In this document: piece by piece, positions 36,883-51,100 of the stretch
Layout: each line of letters opens with the position of its first letter
Numbering within the stretch: position 1 is the first letter of the stretch
Source: Anaeramoeba ignava BMAN
Lineage: Eukaryota; Protista; Anaeramoebae
Direction: 5' to 3'
Length of the DNA stretch: 64,000 nucleotides
NCBI GenBank assembly: GCA_028826165.1
Contig: JAPDFW010000071.1
Location: 62,001-126,000, forward strand
Position numbers and translations under genes: made by a program
Notes under the pieces: generated by a model
Told to the model about the DNA's origin: nothing
Databases searched by the model: none
The model's input: the letters and a program-made list of their open reading frames with translations, nothing else

Positions 36883-37180
36883 AAGAAATTTAAAAGAAAT
36901 TTAAAAGAAGATTTAAAAGAAGTTTAAAAGAAATTTAAAAGAAATTTAAAAGAAATTTAAAAGAAATTTAAAAGAAATTTAAAAGAAAAGAAATTTAAAA
37001 CAAATTTAAAAGAAATTTAAAAGAAATTTAAAAGAAATTTAAAAGGAATTTAAATGAAATTTAAAAGAAATTTAAAAGAAATTTAAAAGAAATTTAAAAG
37101 AAGTTTAAAAGAAATTTAAAAGAAATTTAAAAGAATTTAAAAGAAGTTTAAAAGAAGTTTAAAAGAAATTTAAAAGAAGA
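36880..37180. repeat. 12-bp repeat (AAAGAAATTTAA)n between convergent genes
   Basis: Directly visible; begins at the stop codon of the upstream gene. Confidence 0.9.
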
Positions 37181-37328
37181 AGAATTAAAACATTTTTATA
37201 AATAAACAAGAAAGGAAATGAAATTTTTTTTTAGGGAATTTTTATTTTGATTTTGCATTTTTAATCGAATCCAAAAAAAATGCAAATTTAAGAAAAAGAA
37301 AAAAAAAAAAAAGAAAATAAAATGAGAA

Positions 37329-40300
37329 TTAGGGCCAAACTCCAAGAGACAAATAAGTTGAAGCAATTTTTGAAATTCCATGAATATAAGCTGCTAATCT
37401 TAAATTAACTTTATATTTTTTTGCTACTTCATGAATATCTTGGAAAGACATCATCATTGCTTGTTCAAGTCCAGAAAGAACCAAATCTTTTTCTGTTGCA
37501 CCATGAATAACTGTTTCTCTTTCATCTGGAGAAAAAGTTTTTTGGAATTTTTGTTCCAAAAAGTTAAGCAATCTTGTATTATTGTATTCTTCCCATTTTT
37601 CAGTCTAAATTTTTGAAATAAATTTTTAAATTAAATTTTTAAATTAAATCTTTTAAATTAAATCTTTTAAATTAAATCTTTGGAATTTTTAAAATAAATC
37701 TTTTAAATTAAATCTTTTAAATTAAATTTTTTAAATTAAATCTTTTAAATTAAATTTTGAATTAAATTTTTGAAATTTTTGGAATAAATCTTTGGAATAA
37801 ATTTTTGAAATAAATCTTTGAAATTTTTGAAATAAAATCTTTTAAATTAATTTTTGAAATAAATCTTTGAAAATTTTAAATTAATTCTAAATTAAATCTT
37901 TTAAATTAAATCTTTTAAATTAAATTTTTAAATTAAATCTTTTAAATTAATTCTTTTAAATTAATTCTTTAAATTAAATCTTTAAATTAAATCTTTTAAA
38001 TTAATTCTTTAAATTAAATCTTTTAAATTAAATCTTTTAAATTAAATTTTTAAATTAAATCTTTTAAAATAAATCTTTTAAATTAATTCTTTTAAATTAA
38101 ATCTTTTAAATTAAATCTTTTAAATTAAATCTTTTAAATTAAATCTTTTAAATTAAATCTTTTAAATTAAATTTTTGAATTAAATCTTTTAAATTAAATC
38201 TTTTAAATTAAATCTTTTAAATTAAATTTTGAAATAAATCTTTTAAATTAAATCTTTTAAATTAAATCTTTTAAATTAAATCTTTTAAATTAAATCTTTT
38301 AAATTAAATTTTGAAATAAATCTTTTAAATTAAATCTTTTGAAATTAAAATCTTTTAAATTAAATTTTTAAATTAAATCTTTGAAAATTTTAAATTAAAT
38401 CTTTTAAATTAAATCTTTTAAATTAAATCTTTTAAATTAAATTCTAAATTAAATCTTTGGAATTTTTAAATTAAATCTTTTAAATTAAATTTTTGAAATA
38501 AATCTTTGGAATTTTTAAATTAAATCTTTTAAATTAAATCTTTTAAATTTTTAAATTAAATCTTTTAAATTAAATCTTTTAAATTAAATCTTTTAAATTA
38601 AATCTTTTAAATCTTTTAAATTAATTTTTAAATTAAATCTTTTAAATTAAATCTTTTAAATTAAATCTTTTAAATTAAATCTTTAAAATTAATTCTTTTA
38701 AATTAAATTTTGAAATAAATTTTTGAATTAAATCTTTTAAATTAAATCTTTTAAATTAAATCTTTTAAATTAATTCTTTTAAATTAAATCTTTTAAATTA
38801 AATCTTTTAAATTAATTCTTTTAAATTAAATCTGAAATAAAATCTACCATTCTTCCAAATTTAACATGTGAAAGATTCTTTAACCATTCAACATAACTAA
38901 TAACAACACCTCCACAATTTGCATAAATATCAGGAATAACAAGAACACCTCTTTTTTCAAGAAGAAAAGAAGCATCATAAGTGCAAGCAGCATCAGCAGC
39001 TTCACAAATAACTCTAGCTTGAATTTTATCACAATTTTCTTTAGTAATTTGAAGAGCGACAGAAGCAGGAATTAAGATATCAGCAGGTTTAAACATAACC
39101 TAAAAAATCATTTAAATAATCAATTAATTAAAAAATAATCAATTTAAAAAATCAATTTAATAATTTTAAATAATTAATTTAAAAATTCAATCTAAATAAT
39201 TTTAAAAAATCAATTCAATAATCAATTCAAATAATTTTAAAAAATAATCAATTTTAATAATTAATTCAAATAATTTTAAAAAATCAATTCAAATAATTTT
39301 AAATAATTTTAAATAATTAATTCAAATAATTTTAAATAATTAATTTAATAATTTTAAAAATTTAATCCAAAAAATCAATTTAATAATTTTAAAAATTTAA
39401 TCCAAAAAATCAATTTAATAATCAATTTAAATAATTTTAAAAAATCAATCCAAAAAATAATCAATTAATTACATCATCAGGATTGAGAATATCTTCAGCT
39501 CCATAAAATCCAAGAAGAGTTCCATTTGCCTTTTTATATTCATAAAGTTTATCAATATCAAGACCATCAGGATTATAAACAGCACCATTATACTCACTAA
39601 CACCAACAATCTTACACTTACCAAAATCAACAAAACTTTTAGCTGACCAATAACCAGTATTACCGAATCCAGTAACAATAACGGACTTGCCTTCAGGCCC
39701 GCCTATTATTCCAGCATTCTTAACATATTCAGGATGTTTCATTGCTTCGCGAAGTGCAAAATATACTCCTAATCCTGTTGCTTGCTCTCGTCCTGCAATT
39801 CCTCCTTGATTCACTGATTTCCCTGTTACTGTTGCTGTGTGATGAATGTTCGTCGGATTGTAGGTTTGTGCAGTGTGTAATATCCATCCCATCTCTCTTG
39901 CTCCAGTTCCATAATCTGGTGCTGGTACATCTATTGCTGGTCCAATGTATTTCTTCTTCATTAATTCAATCGCAAATCTTCTAGTAATTTTTTCAAGTTC
40001 TTTTACTGTGAATTTTTTTGGATCAATTTTAATTCCTCCTTTTGCTCCTCCTTTTTTTTATCAATAAAATACAATAATTAAATATAAATATAAATATTAA
40101 TATAAATATAAATATAAATATAAATATAAATATAAATATAAATATAAATATAAATATAAATATAAATATAAATATAAATATAAATATAAATATAAATATA
40201 AATATAAATATAAATATAAATATAAATATAAATATAAAATAAATATAAATATAAATATAAATATAAATATAAATATAAATATAAATATAAATATAAATAT

Positions 40301-41539
40301 AAATATAAATATAAATATAAATATTATAAATAATATAAATATAAATATAAATATAATTATAAATATAATTATAAATATAAATATAAATATAAATATAAAT
40401 ATAAATATAAACATAAAATAATATAAATATAAACATAAATATAAACATAACATAAATATAAATATAAATATAAATATAAAATATAAAAATCATAAAATAT
40501 AAATATAAACATAAACATAAATATAAAAATAAAAATATAAAATATAAAAATAAAATAAATATAAAATATAAAAAAAAAAATATAAATATAAAATATAAAT
40601 ATAAATATAAATATAAATATAAATATAAAATAAATATAAATATAAATATAAATATAAATATAAATATAAATATAAATATAAATATAAATATAAATATAAA
40701 TATAAATATAAATATAACTAAATATAAATATAAATATAAATATAAATATAAATATAAATATAAATATAAATATAAATATAAATATAAATATAAATATAAA
40801 TATAAATATAAATATAAATATAAATATAAATATAAATATAAATATAAATATAAATATAAATATAAATATAATATAAATATAAATATAAATATAAATATAA
40901 ATATAAATATAAATATAAATATAAATATAAATATAAATATAAAATATAAATATAAATATAAATATAAATATAAATATAAATATAAATATAAATATAAATA
41001 TAAATATAAATATAAATATAAATATAAATATAAATTAATTTAATCCACATTTTCCATATAATTCAATTCAAATAGAAAAGATACCAAAAGGAACATCAGC
41101 ACAAGCACATTTAAAAGTCATAAGACCAGCTAAAGCTTGAATCTAAAAAAAAAATTTAAGCAATTAAAAAAATCAAAAAAAATCAAAAAAAATCAAAAAT
41201 TACTCGTTGAAGATTAATCTCTTCACTATAACGAACACCGCCTTTTGTTGGTAATTTGTGATGAGAATGCTGAACTCGATAAGCCTCAATAATTCTATAA
41301 TCTTTTTTTCCATTTGTTTGAATTTCCATTGGGAAATTTACTAAAAGACTTGTTCTGCTTTTTTTAATTGAAGTTAAAAGTCCAGATGGAAATGTTGTAT
41401 ATGATGCTGCATTATCAAAAAACTTCTCAAATTGCTCATATAATGTTAGTTCTGGTTTTTGTGTTGAAAATAATTTTACTAAATTTGTTGGAAATAGTGT
41501 CGGTTTCGCTTTTTTGATTGGAAAATTTTTTGATAACAT
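37329..41539 (-). CDS. GDH: Glutamate dehydrogenase (GLUD/ELFV family) with putative mitochondrial/hydrogenosomal presequence
   Basis: [98 protein letters not shown]-terminus [26 protein letters not shown]. Five exons. Confidence 0.93.
37610..38840. repeat. ~14-bp minisatellite (TTAAATCTTTTAAA) filling the last GDH intron
   Basis: Directly visible. Confidence 0.9.
40075..41040. repeat. (ATATAA)n microsatellite filling GDH intron 2
   Basis: Directly visible. Confidence 0.9.
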
Positions 41540-41649
41540 TTTTTCTTTATTTTTTTAAAAAGAAAAAAAATGAAAAATAATGATTTTTTGGAATTTTTTT
41601 TTTCTTAATTTTATTTAGGAATTACTTTCATATTTAATTTAATAATTAA

Positions 41650-42120
41650 TTCCATGTTTAAAATAATAATTTACTGTTTTAGATTTAAATATTTTATTAT
41701 TTCAATATTTATCATATAAATATAAAAAATGAGAATAAGTTTAATTTAATATTCAATTTATAAATCAATTTAAAAACATAATTTAATATTTAATTCCATG
41801 TTTAAAATAATAATTTAATGTTTTAGATTTAAATATTTTATTATTTAAATATTTAACATAAAAATATAAAAAATAAGAATAGATTTAATTTAATATTTAA
41901 TTTAAAAATTAATTTAAAAATATAATTTAATATTTAATTTTATGTTTAAAATAATAATTTAATGTTTTAGATTTAAATATTTTATTATTTCAATATTTAA
42001 CATAAAAATATAAAAAATAAGAATAGGTTTAATTTAATATTTAATTTATAAATTAATCTAAAAATATAATTTAATATTTAATTTTATGTTTAAAATATTA
42101 ATTTAATGTTTTATATTTAA
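41650..42120. repeat. 144-bp tandem repeat, ~3.3 copies, intergenic
   Basis: ATGTTTAAAATA anchors at 41654, 41798, 41942 and 42086. Confidence 0.85.
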
Positions 42121-42683
42121 ATAAATTAATTAAAATATTTTATCAATTTTATTTAATTTTTGGGAATTATTTTATATTATTTTAAATAAAGAAATGTTGA
42201 TAAAATATATAAAATAGAATTAATTCCAAATTTAATTATTTAATATTCTTTATTCCATTTTTTATTTTTTTTTTCATTTTTTTCTTTTCAAAAAAAAACA
42301 AAATTTAAAATTAAGTAAATATTTTTTTCTTAAATTTTAAAAACAAAAAACAAAAATAAAAATAAAATTTAATAATAATAAATAATATAAATATAAAATT
42401 TAAATGGAATTAAAACAAAATAATTGTTAATTACTTATTAATTTATTATTATTTCAATAAACAAAAAAAAAGGAAAAATAAATTTCCAAATTAAATTTTA
42501 TTAACAAAAAAATTATCAATAAAAAATTTAAATTTAAATTTAATTGAAAATAAAAATGAAAAAGAAATTATTTTTATTATTGATTTATTATTATTTCATA
42601 AATATTTATTTTATTTATTCCATTAAAAAATAAATTTTCCTTTTTTTGTTTTAAAAAAAAATAAAATTAAAAAAAAGAAAAAA

Positions 42684-45600
42684 ATGAGTGATTCTTCAAA
42701 AGAAATTGATTCAAATCAAAAATCAAATAAGAAATCCAATCAAAAATCAAATCAAAAATCAAATAAGAAATCTAATAAGAAATCCAATAAAAAATCAAAT
42801 AAGAAATCAAATCAAAATCAAAAATCAAATAAGAAATCAAATCAAAAATCAAATCAAAAATCTAATAAGAAATCAAAAAAGAAATCTAAATCAAAATCAA
42901 ATCAAAATGAAAACCAAATCCAAAAAATTTCATTTCAAGAAATTTATTCAAAAGAAAAATCACAAAAAATCCAAATATCAAAATTATATCAATTTCCTCC
43001 TCAAGAACTTAATAAATTTTTAATTTGTGAACTTCTTTCAAATTATAAAAAAATGTTTCAAAATGAAGAAAATTGTGATTTTATAATTTATGCTGGAAAA
43101 AATAATCAAAAAATTCCTTGTCATAAATCAATTCTTAATTCAAGATCAAGATTTTTTTATGAAAATCATCATGAAAAATCAGAAATTGAAGAATTATATC
43201 TTCCACAATTTGAATATGATATTGTTAAATCAATCATCTCATTTCTTTATGATTCAGAATTTAAATTTGATTTAAACAAATTTGAAAAATATTTTCAACT
43301 TTCAAAAGATTTTAAATTAACAAGTTTAACAATCAAAATTGAAAAAGAAGTTTCAGAACAAATTAATAAAAAAAATGTTATTCCAATTTATTTCAAAAGT
43401 ATTTCCATTGAATCAAATTATCTTTCCAATATTTGTGAAAATTTTATTAAAGAAAATATTAATAAGATTATTGAAGAAAAACAAATTGGATCAATTAATA
43501 ATAAAGAATTAACAGAAATTATTCAAATTATTCAATCAACACCAAAAGAAAACAGAATAAATTTAATTTGGAAATTAGCACAAGATTGGAAAAATAAATT
43601 CAAACAAAGCAATAAAAATTTAATAAATAAAGAAAAATATATTGATCCAATTCAAATTCAAGAAATCAATAATGAAATTCAAGATTTTCATTTAATTATT
43701 GATAATATTAAAAATGAAGGATTTATTTTAAATTATTCAAGAACTCAAAATAATCCAATTTTACCTCCAACTGATCAACTTCAATTAATTAATCAAAAAA
43801 ATGAAGAATTAAATCAAGAAAACAAAAAACTTAAAAAAAAAATTAAAAGACAAGACAAAATAATTCAACAAAAAGATAAAGAAATAAATCAACTAAAACA
43901 AACTATTAAACAAAAAGATAAAGAAATTAATCAACTTAAACAAACTATTCAAACAAAAAGATCAAGAAATTAATCAACTTAACCAAACTATTCAACAAAA
44001 AGAAAACAAAATTCAAAAACAAAGAAATAAGATCAAAGAAATCAAACCAGAATTAGAAATTTTTGAATCAGAAATAAAGGCTCACAAAACTTTAGAAGAT
44101 TTTATAAATCAAATTTCAAATTTAAATGAAAGTAAATTGTTTTAAATTTTAAATTATTAAAAAATTATTTTGAAATTTAAATTCAAATTTAAAAACAAAA
44201 TTAAAAAGAATTCTATTGAAGAAACAATAAAATATATGAAACAATGCCCAAATAATCAAAAAATTCAAGAAAATGGATGTTTTATTTTACAAAAATTTGC
44301 AAACAAAAATGAAGGTAAAAATTTTATATCTTTTTATTATTTTCCAAAATTAAAATTTAAATGAAAATTACTTTTTTTTTGCTTAATTTTTAATTCTGAA
44401 AAAAATTCAAAATCAATATTAAAACTCAATACTTAAAGATAATCGAAATAAACTCAAAAATTTAAAAGGAATAAAATGTGTTATTAAATCAATGAATAAT
44501 TTCCCAAATAATCAAGATATTCAATATAAAGGATGTGGAGCTTTACAGAATATTGGTGTTAATAATGGTAAATAAAAAATTAAAAATTTCCAAATAAATA
44601 AAAATTAAATCAAAAATACCAAAAATTACAATTTTAAATCAAAATTAAAAAATTATTTTAATCCATTATTTATTATTTATTATTAATTATTAATTTTAAA
44701 TCAAAAAAAAATTAATCAATTTCAAATTTATTTTCAAAAATAAAAATATTAAAATAGAAAACCAAATTGAAATAAGAAATTTAAAAGGAATTGAACCTAT
44801 TATTAAATCAATGAATAATTTCCCAAATAATCAAGATATTCAAGAAAATGGATGTGGAGCTTTAATGAATATTGCTGCTAATAATAATGGTAAATAAAAA
44901 ATAAAAAATAATTATTTTCCATTTTTTTTTTGAAATTCAAAATTAAAAATTAAATCAAAAAATACAAAAAATAATTACAAAAAATAAATTAAAATTAAAT
45001 AAATTTACAAAATAATAAATAAATAATTATTAATTATTAATTAAAATCCAAAAAAAAAATTAATCAATTTCAAATTTATTTTCCAAAAATAAAAATATCA
45101 AAAATAGAAAGCAGAATTGAAATAAAAAATTTAAAAGGAATTGAACTTATTATTAAAGCAATGAATAATTTCCCAAATAATCAAGATATTCAATATTGTG
45201 GATGTGGAGCTTTACAGAATATTGCTGCTAATGATGGTAATAAAAAATAAAAATTATATATTTTCCATTTTTTTTTTTGAAATTCAAAATTAAAAATTAA
45301 ATCAAAAAATACCAAAAAATAATTACAAAAAATAAATTAAAATTAAATAAATTTACAAAATAATAAATAAATAATTATTAATTATTAATTAAAATCCAAA
45401 AAAAAAATTAATCAATTTCAAATTTATTTTCCAAAAATAAAAAATATTAAAATAGAAAACAAAATTGAAATTAGAAATCTAAAAGGAATTGAACCTATTA
45501 TTAAATCAATGAATAATTTCCCAAATAATCAAGATATTCAATAAAATGGATGTGGAGCTTTACAGAATATTGCTGCTAATAATAATGGTAAATAAAAAAT

Positions 45601-46806
45601 AAAAAATAAAAATTATATATTTTCCATTTTTTTTTTTTGAAATTAAAAATTAAAAATTAAATCAAAAAATACCAAAAATAATTACAAAAAATAAATTAAA
45701 ATTAAATAAATTTACAAAATAATAAATAAATAATTATTAATTATTAATTAAAATCCAAAAAAAAAATTAATCAATTTCAAATTTATTTTCCAAAAATAAA
45801 AAATATTAAAATAGAAAACAAAATTGAAATTAGAAATCTAAAAGGAATTGAACCTATTATTAAATCAATGAATAATTTCCCAAATAATCAAGATATTCAA
45901 GAAAATGGATGTGGAGCTTTAAAGAATATTTCTTTTAATAATGGTAAATAAAAAATAAAAATTTCAAATAAATAAATTGAAAAAATTATTTTAATCCATT
46001 ATTTTCCATTATTTATTATTAATTATTTATTATTAATTTTAAATCTGAAAAAAATAAAAATATTAAAATAGAAAACAAAATTGAAATAAGAAATCTGAAA
46101 GGAATTGAACCTATTATTAAATCAATGAATAATTTCCCAAATAATCAAGATATTCAAAAATATGGATGTGGAGCTTTACAGAATATTGCTGCTAATAATA
46201 ATGGTAAATAAAAAATAAAAAATAAAAATTATATATTTTCCATTTTTTTTTTTGAAATTCAAAATTAAAAATTAAATCAAAAAATACAAAAAATAATTAC
46301 AAAAAATAAATTAAAATTAAATAAATTTACAAAATAATAAATAAATAATTATTAATTATTAATTAAAATCCAAAAAAAAAATTAATCAATTTCAAATTTA
46401 TTTTCAAAAATAAAAATATTAAAATAGAAAACGAAATTGAAATTAGAAATCTAAAAGGAATTGAACCTATTATTAAAGCAATGAATAATTTCCCAAATAA
46501 TCAAGATATTCAATATAAAGGATGTGGAGCTTTACAGAATATTTCTTTTAATGATGGTAAATAAAAAATAAAAAATAATTTAATCTATTTTTATTTATCA
46601 AAAATTAATCAAAAATTAATCAAAAATTAATCAAAAAATTTAATTTCAAATTTATTTTGCTAAAAAATATTAAAATAGAAAATCAAATTGAAATAAGAAA
46701 TTTAAATGGAATTGAATCTATCAAAAAAGCAATGAATAATTTCCCAAATAATCAAAAAATTCAAGAAAATGGAAAATGGGCTTTAGGAAGATTACAAAAA
46801 AATTGA
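42684..46806 (+). CDS. BTB/POZ + coiled-coil + armadillo-repeat protein with exon-per-repeat cassette array (possibly lesioned)
   Basis: Exon 1 42684-44131 (CDFIIYAG...IPCHKSILNSRSRFF; 1-nt frameshift near 43952). ARM exons ~44209-44314, 44439-44567, 44758-44889, 45108-45236, 45456-45587 (TAA at 45542), 45815-45943, 46072-46203, 46428-46556 and 46679-46806. Probable 5'UTR intron 42315-42677. Confidence 0.75.
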
Positions 46807-46909
46807 ATCACTTTTTCATTTTCTTTTTGATTTTTCTTTTATTAATCATTAATAAAAAAAAAAAATCAAAATCAAATTATTTTCATATTTAAAAATTTTA
46901 TTAAAATAG

Positions 46910-47033
46910 AAAATCAAATCAAAATCAAGAAATTTGAATGGAACTGAATCTATCAAAAAGCAATGAATAATTTCCCAAATAATCAAGAAATTCAAGAAAA
47001 TGGAAAATTAATTAAGAACCAATCAAAAATTGA
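46910..47033 (+). pseudogene. Degenerate duplicate of the terminal ARM exon
   Basis: TAG acceptor followed by a frameshifted copy of ENQI.I.NLNG.ESIKKAMNNFPNNQ.IQENGK. Confidence 0.6.
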
Positions 47034-47129
47034 ATCAATAAATCAATCAATAAATCAAAATTCAGCCAAATAAAGCAAAAAAAATTCAAAAATAAAAATT
47101 ATTTTAAATTTTAAATTAAATCAAATCAA

Positions 47130-47740
<611 letters not shown>

Positions 47741-48146
47741 TAAATAGAAAATTAAATAGAAGATTAAATAGAAGATTAAATAGAATTTGGTTTAAAAAAG
47801 ATTGAATTTATTTTTGCTTTTTTCTTGTTTGTTTTTTAATTGAAAAAAAAAATCATCAAAATTATGAAATTTTTGATTTGATCAAAAAAAAATAAAAAAA
47901 ATTTTTTTTATTTAAAATAAAAGAAAAAATAAAAAAGGAATAAAAAATCATAAAAAAAACAAATTTTAATACAAAAAAAACAAAAAAATAATTAAAATTA
48001 TAACAAAAAAAATGTGTTTATAAAAAAAAAAGAAAAAAAAATAATTGATCATCACTTTTCTTTAAACTATTTTCGAATTATTATTTTTTTAAACAATTCA
48101 AAAAACAAAATTAATTAAACAAATTAATTCAATTAATTAGAAGGAA

Positions 48147-51100
48147 ATGAAAAACCCAAAATTAATAATATTTTTTGGAATAACTTTAATATTTACAATA
48201 TGTTCAATTACAACTTCAGCAACAGTTTCAAATAATATTGAAGATGCGATAAAATTAGAAAGAATATTAGCAAATTATAAATTTGATGATACAAGTTATA
48301 CATGTACAAAATACATTGCTCAATCATTTGGAAATGATGGTAATAATTGTGAATCATATGAAACTGCATGTGCTACAATCGAAAGAGGATTATCAGTTAG
48401 TGGAAATAGTGATACTGTTTGTGTTTATCCTGGTCATTATTATCTTTCTCAAACAATAGATAGATGGGATGCTTGGTGGTATATTGTTTCTGTTGGAGGA
48501 CCTGATGTAACTATTTTAGATGGAGGAAATGCAAGACAATGTATGTATGTTTATGATTCAAGTTCACCTTTAGTTGATGGATTTACTTTCCAAAATTGCA
48601 ATAGTGATAAAGGTATTTAATTTGATTTAATTTGATTTAATTTAATTTAATATTGATTTGATATTGATTTAATATTAATATTGATTTAATATTGATTTGA
48701 TTTAATATTGATTTAATATTGATTTAATATTGATTTAATTTGATATTGATTTGATTTAATATTGATTTAATTTAATATTGATTTAATATTAATTTAATAT
48801 TGATTTAATTTTAATTTAATATTGATTTGATTTAATATTTGATTTAATTGATTTTTAATTTGATTTAATATTGATTTTTAATATTGATATTGATTTGATT
48901 TAATTTGATTTAATATTGATTTGATTTGATTTGATTTTATTTAATTTAATTTAATTTAATATTGATTTAATTTTAATTTAATTTAATATTGATTTAATTT
49001 GATTTAATATTAATTTGATTTAATATTGATTTAATATTTGATTTAATATTTAATTTAATATTGATTTAATTTGATTTAATTTAATTTAATATTGATTTTG
49101 AATTTGAATTTGATTTTGATTTGAAAATAGGAGGTGCAATTCGATTCTATTGTATAATTAGGGATTGGTATCCAAAACTGAGAAATAATATATTTGTGAA
49201 TAATCGAGGAAATAAAGGAGGAGCAATTTATAATGGATTATGTTCAACAGAACTTACAAATATATTAATCAAAAACAATTATGCTTCTTCATCTGGTGGT
49301 GGTTTATATTGCAACAGAGATTTAGGATTGCTTGATCCTAAACTTAGTTGGACAAATGTTGTTATTGTTGATAATACTGGAAGTGGTCAAAAAAATATAT
49401 ATGAGAATTCATGTCAATATAATGGAAATGGAATGTCAAGTTGTAACGACTGTTATAATGGAGGAAATTGCCAACCAAACGGACAGTGTGTTTGTCTTCC
49501 TGGCTCATCTCTTCCAACTCCAACTTGTCCATTTTGTACTGCAGGAACATATTCAACATCAGTAAATGCTGGATCATGTACTCAATGTAGTCAAAACACA
49601 TACAATACTGGAACAGGAAATACAGGATGTAGTTCATGTCCAGGAGGCACAACAAATTCAGGAACTGGCAACACAGAATGTACTCCAACTCAAATGTCAC
49701 AACCTACTTTTGATTCACAAACCCCAACTTCATTCAGATTATTATGGGGAACTCCTCCTAATTTTTCAGTTCTTGGATATAAAATGAGATATAAACCTTA
49801 TGGAGGAACTGATTGGACTGAAGTTACTCTTGCTGGAGATGTTCATCAATACACAATTAGTAATTTATATTCAGGAAATTATATAACACAAGTTGCTGGA
49901 TATAATAATGAAGGTATTGATTTAATTTTATTTGATTTTAATTTTATTTGATTTTGATTTTGATTTTATTTAATTTTAATTTGATTTAATTTTATTTAAT
50001 TTGATTTTGATTTTGATTTTGATTTTAATTTTAATTTTAATTTGATTTTGATTTTGATTTTAATTTTAATTTTAATTTTAATTTTGATTTAATTTAATTT
50101 TATTTGATTTTATTTAATTTTGATTTTGATTTTGATTTTGATTTAAAAATAGGAACTGGTGTTTGGACACTTGAAACTGCTGCAAGTACTTTAAGTGCTG
50201 TTCCTCCTTCTCCTCCTCCAATTTCTGAAGATGGATCTTGGAAATCTTCAACTTCATTTGGTGTGACTTGGGGAACTGGTTCGAATGGAGGATCTCCTTT
50301 GATTGGATATGATCTTTGGTTTCATAAAGCTGATAATCAAACTTGGAATATTTACAGCTTTGGAGTTGATGTTCATTCATTCCATATTACTTCAATCATT
50401 TCTGGTGAATATATTCTTAAAGTTAGAGCAAAAAGTCAATTGTTTATTGGAGATTTTTCATCAGATTTTTCAATTTGGACTGATCCAGCAACTTGTCCTT
50501 CTGTGATTTCATCGTTAAATGAAATTAATCATACTGGTGATTCAATTTCTATTAGTTGGTCAGCTCCTGCTTCAAATGGTGGGAAAGCATTAACAAATTA
50601 TCAAATTGCCTTTTTGCAAATTCCAGCAACAACTTGGAGTTATCAACTTGTTTCTCCTGATGTTCTTGAGGCAACAATTCCTAATTTGATTTATGCAAAT
50701 TACACAATAGCTATTCGTGCTTTGAATACAATTACTCCTGAAGCTAGTTTGAGTGCTAATTTAACCGTTGAAACTAATCCATCAACAATTCCGTCACCAG
50801 TTACTTCAATTTCACAAACTGGAAAAACTTCATCTTCAATTTCAATTTCTTGGGTTAAACCGCCAAATGGAGGTGCAATCATTCTTGGATATAGAATTTG
50901 GTACAGATATGAAAACGCAACACCTGCCGAAGATTTTTACTCTATTGATCTTTTCAGCACAAATCTTTATTATACATTAACTTCGTTACTTTCAGGAACT
51001 TATACAATCAAAATGCAATCAAACAATTCAGTTGGATTTTCAAATAACGGAACTGAATTTATAATGGATACTAATCCTCCTTCTCCACCAGGAGTTATGG

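Noticed and set aside
37610-38840. Hypothesis that intronic repeats avoid sense-strand AG
   Set aside because: This repeat and the THOC3 intron repeat both contain many sense-strand AG dinucleotides.
45542-45544. Stop-codon reassignment (TAA as sense)
   Set aside because: TAA and TGA terminate well-conserved genes here (RPL11, THOC3, GDH, ZIP), and no other conserved exon has an internal stop.
44439-46556. CRISPR-like repeat/spacer appearance
   Set aside because: The repeats are coding exons with GT-AG boundaries and the spacers are related introns; eukaryotic context and no cas genes.
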